From positions 1 through 49,187 of the forward strand of contig CAYYLB010000002.1 in the NCBI GenBank assembly GCA_964472345.1: a stretch of 49,187 bases of DNA, read 5' to 3'. Positions 1-9,462 of the stretch are shown here, in pieces. The notes beneath the pieces were generated by a model. That model was not told the origin of the DNA and did not search any database. It was given only the letters and a program-made list of their open reading frames with translations. Source of the DNA: an uncultured Methanosarcinales archaeon. Lineage in GTDB: Archaea; Nanobdellota; Nanobdellia; Woesearchaeales; JAGLXL01. Position numbers and translations under genes: made by a program. Position 1 is the stretch's first letter. Each line of letters begins with the position of its first letter.

Positions 1-193
1 GCTGTAAGGTCACTCCGCTTCGCTGCGTTCCTGAGTTCCTGCAAGCCGGAACCGTTCCCGTAGTGTTGGAAACCACCGCAGTGGTTTCTAACATGCTCAG
101 AAATGCGCGATGCATTTCCGACAGGAGCAACCCCTCGCGACGCCCTCGATGTTTGGCATCAAAAGAATTTCGACCTTAGGGTGCTAAACAAAT
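1..193. mobile_element. MITE/REP-like stem-loop element, left end beyond window
   Basis: 53-138 is near-identical to 19176-19261. 131-193 is homologous to 14689-14750 and ends in the same GGTGCTAAACAAAT terminus. Internal hairpins TGTTGGAAACCAC-cgca-GTGGTTTCTAACA and GAAATGC-n5-GCATTTC. Confidence 0.7.
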
Positions 194-252
194 ACACTTT
201 TTGGAAAAATGTGCGGGGGGTGATGCGAGGAGTGGCGGCGCAGGAATGCCCG

Positions 253-786
253 TCACGGCCGCTTCCATGCGATCTCGTAATAGGTCACGTCGCCTTCATC
301 ATCGGCGATGCCAAGCAGGAGGCGCTTCTTGGTGCTGTGGGCGACGCGGTTCTTTGCGGCGAATTCGTACCAGGTGAGCGTTTCGCCCTCATGGACAGGA
401 TAGACGACCCATTTCGCGTGGTCCTCGCCTGGCTTGATGCCGCGGTCATAGACACGGAAGTCAGCCCCGAACTTCAATGCAGTCTTGACGATGTAGCCGC
501 GGCTGCGCATGTCCTTGAAGACAAGATAGCGGATGTGGAACTTTGGCTCGACTTTCTGCGCTTTCTTGAGGAACGCATCGAAGTCCATCTTCTTGCCGGA
601 CGCGTCCTTGACGCTGAGCTTGCCGGCTTCAAGCAGGTAGAGCCCTTCCAGCAGGGAGAGCTGGACGCGGCCGTTCCCGAGCATTGAGCCGAAGCGGCTC
701 TGGTTGTACAGCTCGCGGGCCGCATCGCTGTTTTCGGTGACGATGCGTTCGCGCCCGAGAACCGCCTTGATCCTGCGTTTTGCCAT
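253..786 (-). CDS. endA: tRNA-intron endonuclease, single-unit alpha type
   Basis: KFGADFRVY...EDHA...STKKRLLLG motifs with Tyr/His/Lys catalytic triad; N-terminal LSLLEGLYLLE; 177 aa. Confidence 0.95.
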   Translation of the reverse strand: MAKRRIKAVLGRERIVTENSDAARELYNQSRFGSMLGNGRVQLSLLEGLYLLEAGKLSVKDASGKKMDFDAFLKKAQKVEPKFHIRYLVFKDMRSRGYIVKTALKFGADFRVYDRGIKPGEDHAKWVVYPVHEGETLTWYEFAAKNRVAHSTKKRLLLGIADDEGDVTYYEIAWKRP

Positions 787-963
787 CAGGCGATGACGCT
801 TTCTTCTGCGGTTAATAAGCCTTTTGCCGGAAATTGCCCGGGAGAGAGGCGCGGCCCCCCGAATCCTGACGCGCGCTCCCTGCGACCAAGGCCATTTTTC
901 TCCTGAGTTTCACCCTCGAAAACTTTATATATCACCGAGCGTTTTGCCTGTGCAAGACTTCCT

Positions 964-1230
964 ATGGCCGGCGAACAAGACAAGAAATTCTCACAGGATC
1001 TGATCGGCAAGACTGTGGTGAGCAAGACCGGAAAGCGGTTCGGCGAGGTCGGAGACATCGTGTTTGAGGTGCGGTCCGGCGAGCTGATCCATATGGTCCT
1101 GAAGAGCCCTACGCCCTACACGGAGAAGCTTGAGCTGGAGAAGGACAAGGAAGGGAACCTGCTGATCCCCTTCTCTGCAGTCATTGCGGTCGGGGACTAC
1201 ATGGTTGTTTCTGAAGAAGATATTATTTAA
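964..1230 (+). CDS. PRC-barrel domain protein (CdpB-like archaeal cell division factor)
   Basis: LIGKTVVSKTGKRFGEVGDIVFE...LLIPFSAVIAVGDYMVV is the PRC-barrel pattern; TATA-like TTTATATA upstream. Confidence 0.85.
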   Translation: MAGEQDKKFSQDLIGKTVVSKTGKRFGEVGDIVFEVRSGELIHMVLKSPTPYTEKLELEKDKEGNLLIPFSAVIAVGDYMVVSEEDII

Positions 1231-1289
1231 CTGTGGTTTATGCTCAGTTGAGGCTCGGATTTCTATAGTGACTGGGAAACTTTGCATAA

Positions 1290-1622
1290 CTAACTAATTT
1301 CTTTTGCATGTATTGGCTTTATCAGAATTCCTTCTGGCTTTTCCTCAAATAGCCCATAATCTCCAGGTTTAATACCAAAATCCTTTATAACCCTTGTCGG
1401 AAACCTCATTACCATTGAGTCACCAAGAACCCCAAATTTCCTGACAAGCTGCCTTCTTCCAGTCTTGATATCAAACTTAATAAGTTCGCTAGAGGTAAAG
1501 TACTCCTCTCCGCATTTAGGGCATTTTAAACAATCTAGAGTAACTCCTTCCTTTACGCATTTGCCTATCCGAACATTTGTTCCGCATTTATAACAGCTTT
1601 TCATGAACTTTTTCATTTTCAT
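1290..1622 (-). CDS. Zn-ribbon (YgiT/MqsA-type) + AbrB/MazE-like DNA-binding protein, putative antitoxin
   Basis: CYKC...CPKCGEEYF ribbon followed by RKFGVLGDSMVMRFP...IKPGD AbrB-like motif; AT-rich; overlaps upstream gene by 4 bp. Confidence 0.7.
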   Translation of the reverse strand: MKMKKFMKSCYKCGTNVRIGKCVKEGVTLDCLKCPKCGEEYFTSSELIKFDIKTGRRQLVRKFGVLGDSMVMRFPTRVIKDFGIKPGDYGLFEEKPEGILIKPIHAKEIS

Positions 1623-1894
1623 TTTGCCTCCAGCTTTTTACTTGTAGGTTTTATATGAATGAGGATCACATTTTCGTGCTCCACATATGATAAGCATAGA
1701 TATTTACCTCGAAATGGATAAAACACATTATACTTATTTTGATTTTTTGATATTAAAATGTGCTCTCCGCCATCAAGTATGTCTAACACAAACTCTAATG
1801 GTTTTCTTAATGTGTCAAACTCTTCTTTAAAATGCCATGTGAATACTACTAGCTTGCCTTTCCAGTATAAATCTTCGAATATTATCTTTATCAC
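1619..1894 (-). CDS. putative toxin (DUF4258/RelE-fold-like)
   Basis: 91 aa, VVFTWHFKEE motif and C-terminal VILIHIKP strand; coupled to the Zn-ribbon/AbrB gene; AT-rich. Confidence 0.5.
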   Translation of the reverse strand: MIKIIFEDLYWKGKLVVFTWHFKEEFDTLRKPLEFVLDILDGGEHILISKNQNKYNVFYPFRGKYLCLSYVEHENVILIHIKPTSKKLEAK

Positions 1895-1901
1895 CTAAAA
1901 G

Positions 1902-1931
1902 ATATCTATAGCAATCAATAGATATTTATAA
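1902..1931 (-). promoter_or_regulatory. TATA box with overlapping inverted-repeat operator of the TA module
   Basis: ATATCTAT-N8-ATAGATAT (1902-1909/1918-1925) overlapping TTATAAAT (minus strand, 1924-1931). Confidence 0.55.
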
Positions 1932-2122
1932 GCTTTCCGCTTTTCTAGGCCATAATTGCGAAAATTTCCCTTAACTGACCTAATTTTGCACAAACCAATG
2001 TCTAAACATTTAATCAGTGCCGTTCTCGGTGCAGGAGCTTGTGGCTTCTTGATGGTGCACCGCAGTGCTCGCGGTGTTTCCTGCCAATTAACTATTTAAA
2101 TCACCTGCTGCTCCCGTGCCAC

Positions 2123-3085
2123 ATGGACGACGAGCATGCGATGTGGACGGAGAAATACCGTCCGGCAACCTTCGATGACATCCGCGGCCATGGGGATATC
2201 GTGCGGCGGGTGAAGGCATTTGTCCAGCAGAGGAACCTGCCGCACCTGCTGTTTTCAGGGCCTGCGGGCGTCGGCAAGACGTCGCTTGCGCTTGTCATCG
2301 CGCGCGCGCTCTACGGCAACGACTGGCGGCAGAGCTTTCTGGAGCTGAACGCAAGCGATGAGCGCGGGATTGACGTGATCCGCGTGAAGGTGAAGGATTT
2401 TGCGCGGACACGGGCGCTGAGCGAGGTGCCGTTCAAGGTCATCTACCTCGACGAGAGCGATGCGCTGACGCGTGAGGCGCAGCAGGCACTGCGCCGCACG
2501 ATGGAGATGTACACGCGCACGGCGCGCTTTGTCCTGAGCTGCAACTACAGCAGCAAGATTATCGATCCCATCCAGTCGCGCTGCGCCATCTTCCACTTCA
2601 AGCCGCTGAAGAAAGCGGATGTCACCGCAATCATCGACACCATCACCGGCAAGGAAGGCCTGCGGGTGGCAGACGACGCGAAGGAAGCGCTGTACCAGAT
2701 TTCCGGCGGAGACTGCCGGCGCGTGGAGAATATCCTCCAGAGCGCGGCAGTTCTTGAGAAAGAGGTCACGGCAGAGACTATCTACACCATCGCATCCGCT
2801 GCGCAGCCAAAGGAAGTGGTGGAGGCGCTTGAGCTGGCGCTGCGGCAGGATTTCCTAGCGGCGCGGGACAAGCTGCTGCAGACAATGCTTGAGCATGGAC
2901 TCAGCGGCCTTGACCTGATCAAGCAGCTCCAGCGGCAGATCTGGAACCTCCACATCGATGATCGCGTGAAGGTTGCGCTGATCGAGAAGTGCGGCGAGAT
3001 GGAGTTCCGCATGTCGGAAGGGAGCGATGAGTTTGTGCAGTTAGAGGCGTTCCTTGCCGCGGTGATGCTTGCCGGGGCGAAATGA
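2123..3085 (+). CDS. rfcS: replication factor C small subunit
   Basis: WTEKYRP, Walker A GPAGVGKT, LELNASDERG, LDESD, QSRC; start set at MDDEH after TATA TTTAAA. Confidence 0.97.
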   Translation: MDDEHAMWTEKYRPATFDDIRGHGDIVRRVKAFVQQRNLPHLLFSGPAGVGKTSLALVIARALYGNDWRQSFLELNASDERGIDVIRVKVKDFARTRALSEVPFKVIYLDESDALTREAQQALRRTMEMYTRTARFVLSCNYSSKIIDPIQSRCAIFHFKPLKKADVTAIIDTITGKEGLRVADDAKEALYQISGGDCRRVENILQSAAVLEKEVTAETIYTIASAAQPKEVVEALELALRQDFLAARDKLLQTMLEHGLSGLDLIKQLQRQIWNLHIDDRVKVALIEKCGEMEFRMSEGSDEFVQLEAFLAAVMLAGAK

Positions 3086-3107
3086 GAAAACTGCGCTGCG
3101 CCTATTC

Positions 3108-4016
3108 CTATTCCAGGCTTTCCTTGATCCTCAGCGACTCCTGAATCACGGTGCGGTAGCGATAGTTCAGCGTCAGCTCGACCTGCTTGGTAAAGAGCTC
3201 GTCCTTGGCAAGCGGCTGCTGGAGCTTGCAGGTGATGACGGCTTTCCCGTTAATGAAGCGCGCCTCATTCTGCCGGCCTGCGCTGCGGCACTCCCATCCC
3301 TGCGGATCGGTCACCATGGCAAAGGCGAGCTGGTCGAAGCGCGCGTTAAATTCTGCGCCGGGCAGGGTAACGCGTCCTGCGCCGGCGTTCTCGATCGTGA
3401 GCAGCAGCACGATGACGCCGCGGCCGGCGACATCCTCTTCGACTTGTGTCACCGTAATCGGGGCGCCGGAGGCAAAGAAGCGCTTGGCTTCCTGCGCTGT
3501 GCAGACGCTGTCGTCCTGCAGGTCCTCCTTGAAGCAGACCTGGGGGATCACAAGATGCGTCTTGTACTCATAGTCAATCGTCGCAAAAATGTCGGGCTGG
3601 AAGAATCCTGTCACGGGAAGCTTGTACTTTGCGTCGCTGCTGCGGGTGAAGTCAAGAGTTTCCTCGCCGCCTTCCTCGTTCAGTTCCGTGATGCCTTCGA
3701 TCGCGCCCTGCGTGGAGAGGGTTTTCGCCTCGATGCCGGTGAAATCGTTCAGGTTGATGCCTTTGAGCGTGACGGTCGCCTTTCCTGCGGGGATGTCCTC
3801 TTCGCCATTGTTCTGCAGAACGACCTCAATCGGAAAACTTTCGGTGTCGAAAATCGTGAAGATGCCGCTCTCTTCAACGCCAAACGGCTCGAAGCGGGCG
3901 ACAAGGCCCTGGGTGCCGCCCTGAAAGACGCTGTCGCCTTGCTGCTGGCCATCTTCCTGCGAGCAGGCGGTAGTGAGGACAAGCAGAATAACCGCAAGAA
4001 GCCACGCTCTTTTCAT
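3108..4016 (-). CDS. putative lipoprotein, paralog of surface-protein cluster
   Basis: Signal peptide with lipobox LTTAC; YEYKT..QVC..C..GAPITVT..IENAGAG..LNYRY shared with neighbours. Confidence 0.8.
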   Translation of the reverse strand: MKRAWLLAVILLVLTTACSQEDGQQQGDSVFQGGTQGLVARFEPFGVEESGIFTIFDTESFPIEVVLQNNGEEDIPAGKATVTLKGINLNDFTGIEAKTLSTQGAIEGITELNEEGGEETLDFTRSSDAKYKLPVTGFFQPDIFATIDYEYKTHLVIPQVCFKEDLQDDSVCTAQEAKRFFASGAPITVTQVEEDVAGRGVIVLLLTIENAGAGRVTLPGAEFNARFDQLAFAMVTDPQGWECRSAGRQNEARFINGKAVITCKLQQPLAKDELFTKQVELTLNYRYRTVIQESLRIKESLE

Positions 4017-4086
4017 GGGGTAAGAGAGTTGTTGAAGGTATATAAAGGTTACTCGCATCAAACTCTATCGGGCTTTTTCGTTTAAA

Positions 4087-5010
4087 CTAGCTCGGCGTGC
4101 GGATAATCTCCACCGGGCGGCGGATGGACTGCATGTAATTGTAATCGAGCTCGATGCGCAAGGGCGTCTCGTACGCCTGCGTGTTTCCGACATCAAAAGT
4201 GCAGACAATCTTGCCACGGTTGTTCGTCAAGCGGGCGACAAAGTCACGGGGCGTGCACTGGATCAGGCGGCTGCCGGACAGCTCAACGCGGTAGCGAACC
4301 TCATCAAACTCGTTGTATTTCAGCCCGACGGGACAATTGCTCAGGCTTGCGCGCGGCGAGACGACACGGCCCGTTCCAACGTTCGCGATGTCAATCTCGA
4401 AGACAGCGCGGCTGCCGACCATGTCCACATTGACAAATGTGACGGCGACGGGAGCGCCCTGGCCTCCAGCAACGCCGGCGTCGCGGACCTCGCATGCTTT
4501 CTGCTCTGCGGTCAGCTCGAAGAAGCGCGGATCGACGCAGACCTGAGGGCTTGCAACCGTCTTGTACTGGTAGCATGCAGTGGCGACGAGCGTCGGCTTG
4601 TAGCGGTCGACATCGCGGGGCAATGAGATGCTGCTTGAGGAGAACTCAACGATTCCAGAGCTGCCTTCGATGCTGAAGACGCTCTTCCCGGGCAGGTCGC
4701 CGCAGAGCTGGCGCGCATTCAGGCTGCGGATGATGCTCGGATCGAAGCCGCCGAGCTGAAGAAAGCATCTGTTGCCACCCAGATCGAAGCTGCCGAGGTT
4801 CCTTATTTCGATCAAGGTGACGAGATCGCCACTGTCGTAAATCTGCAGCGGCGGCAGGTTCTGGGTGAACTGGAGATCAATGCCTTGCGTGCCGCTGCGG
4901 ACGAAGCGCGTGACGGCGGAGACCTGCTGGGCGTCTTTCGGCTGCTGGGCGGCGCAGGCGGTAAGCGCGAGCGTGAGAATGAATGCGAGTGCGAGCGCCC
5001 GGTTTTGCAT
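4087..5010 (-). CDS. putative lipoprotein, paralog of surface-protein cluster
   Basis: Lipobox LTAC; YQYKT..QVC..C..GAPVAVT..IANVGTG..LDYNY. Confidence 0.8.
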   Translation of the reverse strand: MQNRALALAFILTLALTACAAQQPKDAQQVSAVTRFVRSGTQGIDLQFTQNLPPLQIYDSGDLVTLIEIRNLGSFDLGGNRCFLQLGGFDPSIIRSLNARQLCGDLPGKSVFSIEGSSGIVEFSSSSISLPRDVDRYKPTLVATACYQYKTVASPQVCVDPRFFELTAEQKACEVRDAGVAGGQGAPVAVTFVNVDMVGSRAVFEIDIANVGTGRVVSPRASLSNCPVGLKYNEFDEVRYRVELSGSRLIQCTPRDFVARLTNNRGKIVCTFDVGNTQAYETPLRIELDYNYMQSIRRPVEIIRTPS

Positions 5011-5105
5011 CCGGTTGAAGAAGGCGAGTTTCTTTTTAAAGGTTATTGTTAGCAATGGAGCACAAGAGGGGCTGTTCTGCTCTGCCAACTGCCTGTTGTG
5101 AATGG

Positions 5106-5996
5106 CTACCTCTGCGGACGGCGCCTGATGGTGAAAGCGCCCTTCGTGATGGTGCGGTAGGTGTAGTCCACGACAATGGAGAATGTTGTCGTGTAGGGGC
5201 TCTGCAACGGCTCGATGAGCGTACAGGTGACCTTGTTGCTGCCTTCCTGCAGCTGCGCTGCGGTGAGCTCACGCCTGGCGCGCGCGCCGCCGGTGTCGCA
5301 GTCCATGCGCCGATTGGCGAGACGGACGTCCGCCAGCTGCAGGGGGGAAGCAAGCTCGCCGTTACCCCTATTCTCAACCGTGAATGCCACCTGGACCATC
5401 ATGGCGTTTTCGTCAAGAGGGGTTATCACCTGCTCAACGCCCGTGATTGCGATGGGCGCGCCCTGGCTGCCCAATGAGATGCGGCCCTTGGACTTGCAGC
5501 TCTCGGGGCTGCTCTCGAGCTCGAGGACATCTGCGCTGATGCAGACATCCGCCTGTGCGATGGTTTCGTACTCGTACTCAGTGATCACCCAGAATGGCGA
5601 GCGGTATTCCGCGACGCTGGGCGGCAATGCGATGTTGCGGCCGGTGAACTCCGCGACGTAGATGTCACCGGCGGGCGCTTCGAGGCTCCGGCCTTTGAGC
5701 GGGGGAAGCTGCACCTGGTCAAATGCCAGCGGCGTCCATGCCTCGCTCAGGCCTGCGGCCGTGACGGTGCCGCGGCGTGTGTCATACGCCCCGAGATTCT
5801 TGAGCCTGACACCGATGCGGAAAGGGCTGCCCTCAGGAAGCTCTTGGGGGGGCATATTCGGCAGCAGCGTGACTTCCAAGCCCGCGGTGCCGGTGCGGTA
5901 ATTAACCTGTTTGCCTTGCTCGAGAAGGCCCTTGCTGCATGCGGTGAAGAGCAAGGAGATCCCGATGATTGCGATGAGAAGCGTTGTGTATCTCAT
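5106..5996 (-). CDS. putative lipoprotein, paralog of surface-protein cluster
   Basis: Lipobox FTAC; YEYET..DVC..C..GAPIAIT..VENRGNG..VDYTY. Confidence 0.8.
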   Translation of the reverse strand: MRYTTLLIAIIGISLLFTACSKGLLEQGKQVNYRTGTAGLEVTLLPNMPPQELPEGSPFRIGVRLKNLGAYDTRRGTVTAAGLSEAWTPLAFDQVQLPPLKGRSLEAPAGDIYVAEFTGRNIALPPSVAEYRSPFWVITEYEYETIAQADVCISADVLELESSPESCKSKGRISLGSQGAPIAITGVEQVITPLDENAMMVQVAFTVENRGNGELASPLQLADVRLANRRMDCDTGGARARRELTAAQLQEGSNKVTCTLIEPLQSPYTTTFSIVVDYTYRTITKGAFTIRRRPQR

Positions 5997-7945
5997 GTGA
6001 GATCCCCTCCATCCGGCATGGATCCGGGGGCGGCCTGCACATCGATGGGGAAGGATTTTTCCAGCAGGTAATCATAGTTGAGCGTGCCAGTGAAATCGAC
6101 CAGCTTGAATGTTTCCTGCTGACGCAGCGCATCATCCATCTCAAGGATGCAGAGCGGCAGCGGAGTCACCACTTTTTTGCTTTCGGGCGGAGTGATGCCT
6201 TCTTTCGTGAGACGGTTATCCTGCTGCACGTAGCCGCATTCTCCGGGCAGGGCAGTGAGCCTGAGCGGAGGCAGCCATCGGATCTCGACAGCCTTCACTG
6301 CAGTGAGCGTTCCCTTGCCGAGGTTCCTGATGACGGCTCTCAGATGGATATCGTCAGCTGCTTCGATGAGCGGCTCATCGGAAGGGTTGCCTGCAGCGAA
6401 ATCAAGGCGGGCGAATTCATTCGGGCCGAGAGAGCCCGGCATCCCCTGGGGGAAGAAATCCTTGAGAATGTTGTCACGCGTCTGCTGCCCGTACGATTCT
6501 CCCATGAAGACGCGCCGGAGGTTTGAGACTGTTTCGAGATTTTCGAGCTGCGCCTCGACGATAAGGGTGTGCCTGCCATTTGGAAGCGGCGAAGTTGGCC
6601 TGCAGGTGATGCTCACCCTCCTGCTGCCTTGCACGGTGAGCTTCTCGGTACGTGTGGTGCCCGAGATTTCACGCTCACCTTCACCCTCACGGATTTTGAA
6701 GCGGCAGCCTAGGGTAATATCCATCGGCTTGCGGGGGGCGGCTGCCGAGATAGTGAATGGAACCGCCTGAGAGGCTCCACTGATCTGCGTCCCATCGTCA
6801 GCCATGGTGAAGTCAATGGTGGTGAACTCCCTGATGGTAGGGTCAATACCGCCGACGACGTCGAGCTCCTTCTTCTCGCCTTTCGCCACGGCGAGGCAGT
6901 CAAGGTACTCCTGGTTTTTCTCGTCGGGAAGATCAGCATTCCTGAGGTGCTTGCACTTGCTTTCGGCCTGGCGCTGCTTGACGCAGGATTCGATCTGCTG
7001 GGGGTTGCCTACATTATTCCATGTGCAGACCAGGTTCGTGATGAAAGGGTTTTCGCCTCTGGGGATACTTGCCTCAAGCTCCTGCTTCGCTTTTTCAAAC
7101 TGATCGAGCGAGGGAAGGATGCCCTCGTCATGCGCAAGCCGGGGGAGGTTCGGAACCAAGCCAACTGAGAGGACAATGATAAGGTACACCATTGAAACTC
7201 CCTGAAGGATGTTGATAATCGCCGTCCGCCGCTGCGTCTTCCATAACCCATACAGCGACCAGAATGGCAGGAACCAGATGAGGTTCTTAATGACTACAAT
7301 GAACTGGAAGTTGAATTCTTTCACGAGAAGGTCCACAAGGCCGACGTCGAGAAAGAATATCCCCACCGGCAGAAGGGCGTTAAAGAAGTCCTCCGTGACC
7401 AGCGCTGCAAGGCCGATGTCGGTGCCCCGGCCCTTTGCCGAGAACTTGAACAGCAGCATCATTCCGACATAAATCGCGAAAAGCGTGCTCAAGGTGTAGG
7501 GATTCCGCGTTCCGCCAAAGACAAGGTACCATACCACGAACATGATGGTGAAGATGAGGCCTTTCCCCCGCTGGATGAACCAGACGACTGCCGGCAGGAA
7601 GAAAATGGAGTGGATGACCTTGAAGTATACTGCCAGCAGGGCAACAATCTGGAAACTGATGAAGGAGCCGATCACTTCCGCAAAGTAGATGGGAAGCGCG
7701 AAAATGAATAAGAGAAAGCCGGGATCCTTGCCTGTCTCGAAGGCATCATTGGAAAATCCCACGGCACCTGCCCAGCCTGCGGCGCCCTTGAGGCCGGCGC
7801 CGACTGCACCTGCGCCAGAAGCGAGTGCAGGGCTCACCTTGTAGGCGGCCTTTGCGGCTTCTCCGATCACCCGCGGGGCGTTCGTGACTGCTTTGACTGC
7901 TGCGCCGCCCGCTTTTTCGAATGTCGGAAAATACCTGCTCGCCAT
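5993..7945 (-). CDS. polytopic membrane protein with large Cys-containing extracellular C-terminal region
   Basis: Several hydrophobic helices in residues ~75-265; C-terminal IRNLGKG...LNYDY resembles the adjacent lipoproteins; 4-bp overlap with next gene. Confidence 0.75.
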   Translation of the reverse strand: MASRYFPTFEKAGGAAVKAVTNAPRVIGEAAKAAYKVSPALASGAGAVGAGLKGAAGWAGAVGFSNDAFETGKDPGFLLFIFALPIYFAEVIGSFISFQIVALLAVYFKVIHSIFFLPAVVWFIQRGKGLIFTIMFVVWYLVFGGTRNPYTLSTLFAIYVGMMLLFKFSAKGRGTDIGLAALVTEDFFNALLPVGIFFLDVGLVDLLVKEFNFQFIVVIKNLIWFLPFWSLYGLWKTQRRTAIINILQGVSMVYLIIVLSVGLVPNLPRLAHDEGILPSLDQFEKAKQELEASIPRGENPFITNLVCTWNNVGNPQQIESCVKQRQAESKCKHLRNADLPDEKNQEYLDCLAVAKGEKKELDVVGGIDPTIREFTTIDFTMADDGTQISGASQAVPFTISAAAPRKPMDITLGCRFKIREGEGEREISGTTRTEKLTVQGSRRVSITCRPTSPLPNGRHTLIVEAQLENLETVSNLRRVFMGESYGQQTRDNILKDFFPQGMPGSLGPNEFARLDFAAGNPSDEPLIEAADDIHLRAVIRNLGKGTLTAVKAVEIRWLPPLRLTALPGECGYVQQDNRLTKEGITPPESKKVVTPLPLCILEMDDALRQQETFKLVDFTGTLNYDYLLEKSFPIDVQAAPGSMPDGGDLT

Positions 7946-7998
7946 CCTTCCCTCTTTTTACCAGCTTTCACAGCAGAAGAACCGACCGTATAAAAACC

Positions 7999-9195
7999 TT
8001 ACCGCTTGACGAGCAGCACCAGCAGCCGGCGGATGTCCAAGGTGCGCTCGGGCTTGATCTTCACGGAGTTGTCACCGCGCTCGATGTCGGCGGAAATGTC
8101 CTCCTCGGCCGAGAGCTCGCGGGTGTCGAAGCCGGTCAGGCGGCCGTTGACAAACAGGCTGCCCTGCTTGCGGTCGACCGTGTCAACGAAATCGAGGCGC
8201 ACGAGCACGCGCTTGGTGCTGTTCTTCACCGATTTGAACTGCTCTTCGCTGAGGTCGAAGAAGAATACGGGGAAGTCGATCTCCTTGAGCTGGGACTCGA
8301 CGGAGACATGCGAGACGAGGTAATCGCCGCGCTCGATGCTCATGATGAGCTCATTCTGGCCGCTGAGGAAATAGGAAGGGGGGAATTCGACGCTCACGGG
8401 GCCGACGCCACAGTCAGGGACGGCGGAGTAGACATTATACTGGTTGACCCAGATATCGAGCGGACCGGCGAGATCGGGATCACAGTCAGCCTGGAAGCGC
8501 AGCCGCGCCCGGTCAAGGTTGTTGAACTCGACCTGCGAGATGAGGAACACGTTCCTGCTGCGCTGCGCCTGCGTCCGCGTGACGTCTGCGGTCACCTGCA
8601 CGTTTTCGAGGCTGAACTCGTTCGTGCGCCAGAATGCCGCGCCCGGGGAGCTCGCCTGGACATGCAGCACGTTGTCTGCCTTGAGAAGCTTCGGCGGAAG
8701 GTGCAGGGGCGCAATGTTCGGCGTTGTTATTTCACGGTTGAGCAGCTCCTCGCCGTTCAGGGCGATGATCAGGCGCCCTTTCGCCTTGGCAAGCGTAAAG
8801 CTGAGCAGCACGTTCTCGGTATTGGCAAGATCGGCGACGGTGAACGGGAAATCGGCTTCAAGGGAAGAAAAGAGCGTCCGCTTGACGTAGAGGGAATCCT
8901 TCTGCTCGAGGGCAACACCTGCGGTCCGCGTGAACAGGTGGGCCGCCGGAATGGCATGCTCGATGCGCTTCTGGCTCAGGAAGTCGAGCCGGCCTGGCGT
9001 TTCATCGAGAAGGGTAACATTCTTCTCCCTGGCACGGGAGAGGTTCCTGATGCCATCGGTGCCATCCCCATCGAGAATCTTCTCGCGCTCTTCCTGCGGG
9101 ATGAAGAGGATATAGAGAACGATGAGGGCGGCGATGATAGCAAGCAATGCTGCGGCTGCAGCGGCCTGGGCCTTCCTGTTGTGCAGCGCAATCAT
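7999..9195 (-). CDS. secreted/membrane-anchored protein with class III (pilin-like) signal peptide
   Basis: RKAQ followed by hydrophobic AAAAAALLAIIAALIVLYILFI; beta-rich repeated body (G.N.L/V motifs). Confidence 0.7.
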   Translation of the reverse strand: MIALHNRKAQAAAAAALLAIIAALIVLYILFIPQEEREKILDGDGTDGIRNLSRAREKNVTLLDETPGRLDFLSQKRIEHAIPAAHLFTRTAGVALEQKDSLYVKRTLFSSLEADFPFTVADLANTENVLLSFTLAKAKGRLIIALNGEELLNREITTPNIAPLHLPPKLLKADNVLHVQASSPGAAFWRTNEFSLENVQVTADVTRTQAQRSRNVFLISQVEFNNLDRARLRFQADCDPDLAGPLDIWVNQYNVYSAVPDCGVGPVSVEFPPSYFLSGQNELIMSIERGDYLVSHVSVESQLKEIDFPVFFFDLSEEQFKSVKNSTKRVLVRLDFVDTVDRKQGSLFVNGRLTGFDTRELSAEEDISADIERGDNSVKIKPERTLDIRRLLVLLVKR

Positions 9196-9462
9196 GTGCC
9201 GCACAAACATTTATTAATATATAAAGCCTGCGGTTGACGACGAAGAATATGGTAACATCACCGTGCGTCCCGCGCCAACGCTGCGCCTTCCCCGGCTGCA
9301 GCCACTCCGCTTGCGCCCTCTTCCTGCGCCGGCCCCTGTTTTTCCGCCTCTCATCGCGCCCCTGCCTTGCGGCTCCGGCGCTGCTCCTGCTGGGAGAGGG
9401 AGCATAACGGCAGCTCTTACCATAAGTGCCTGGGACAAATAAAGAAAACTGAGGTGCGTTTT

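Noticed and set aside
103..687. 194-aa plus-strand ORF, and similar long antisense ORFs (3069-4085, 7921-9237, 14043-15737, 45398-47278)
   Set aside because: Shadow frames opposite well-supported genes in GC-rich DNA, with no recognisable motifs.
2123..3085. Inteins in rfcS (also checked gyrA and ppsA)
   Set aside because: Protein lengths are normal and no intein splice motifs interrupt the conserved blocks.
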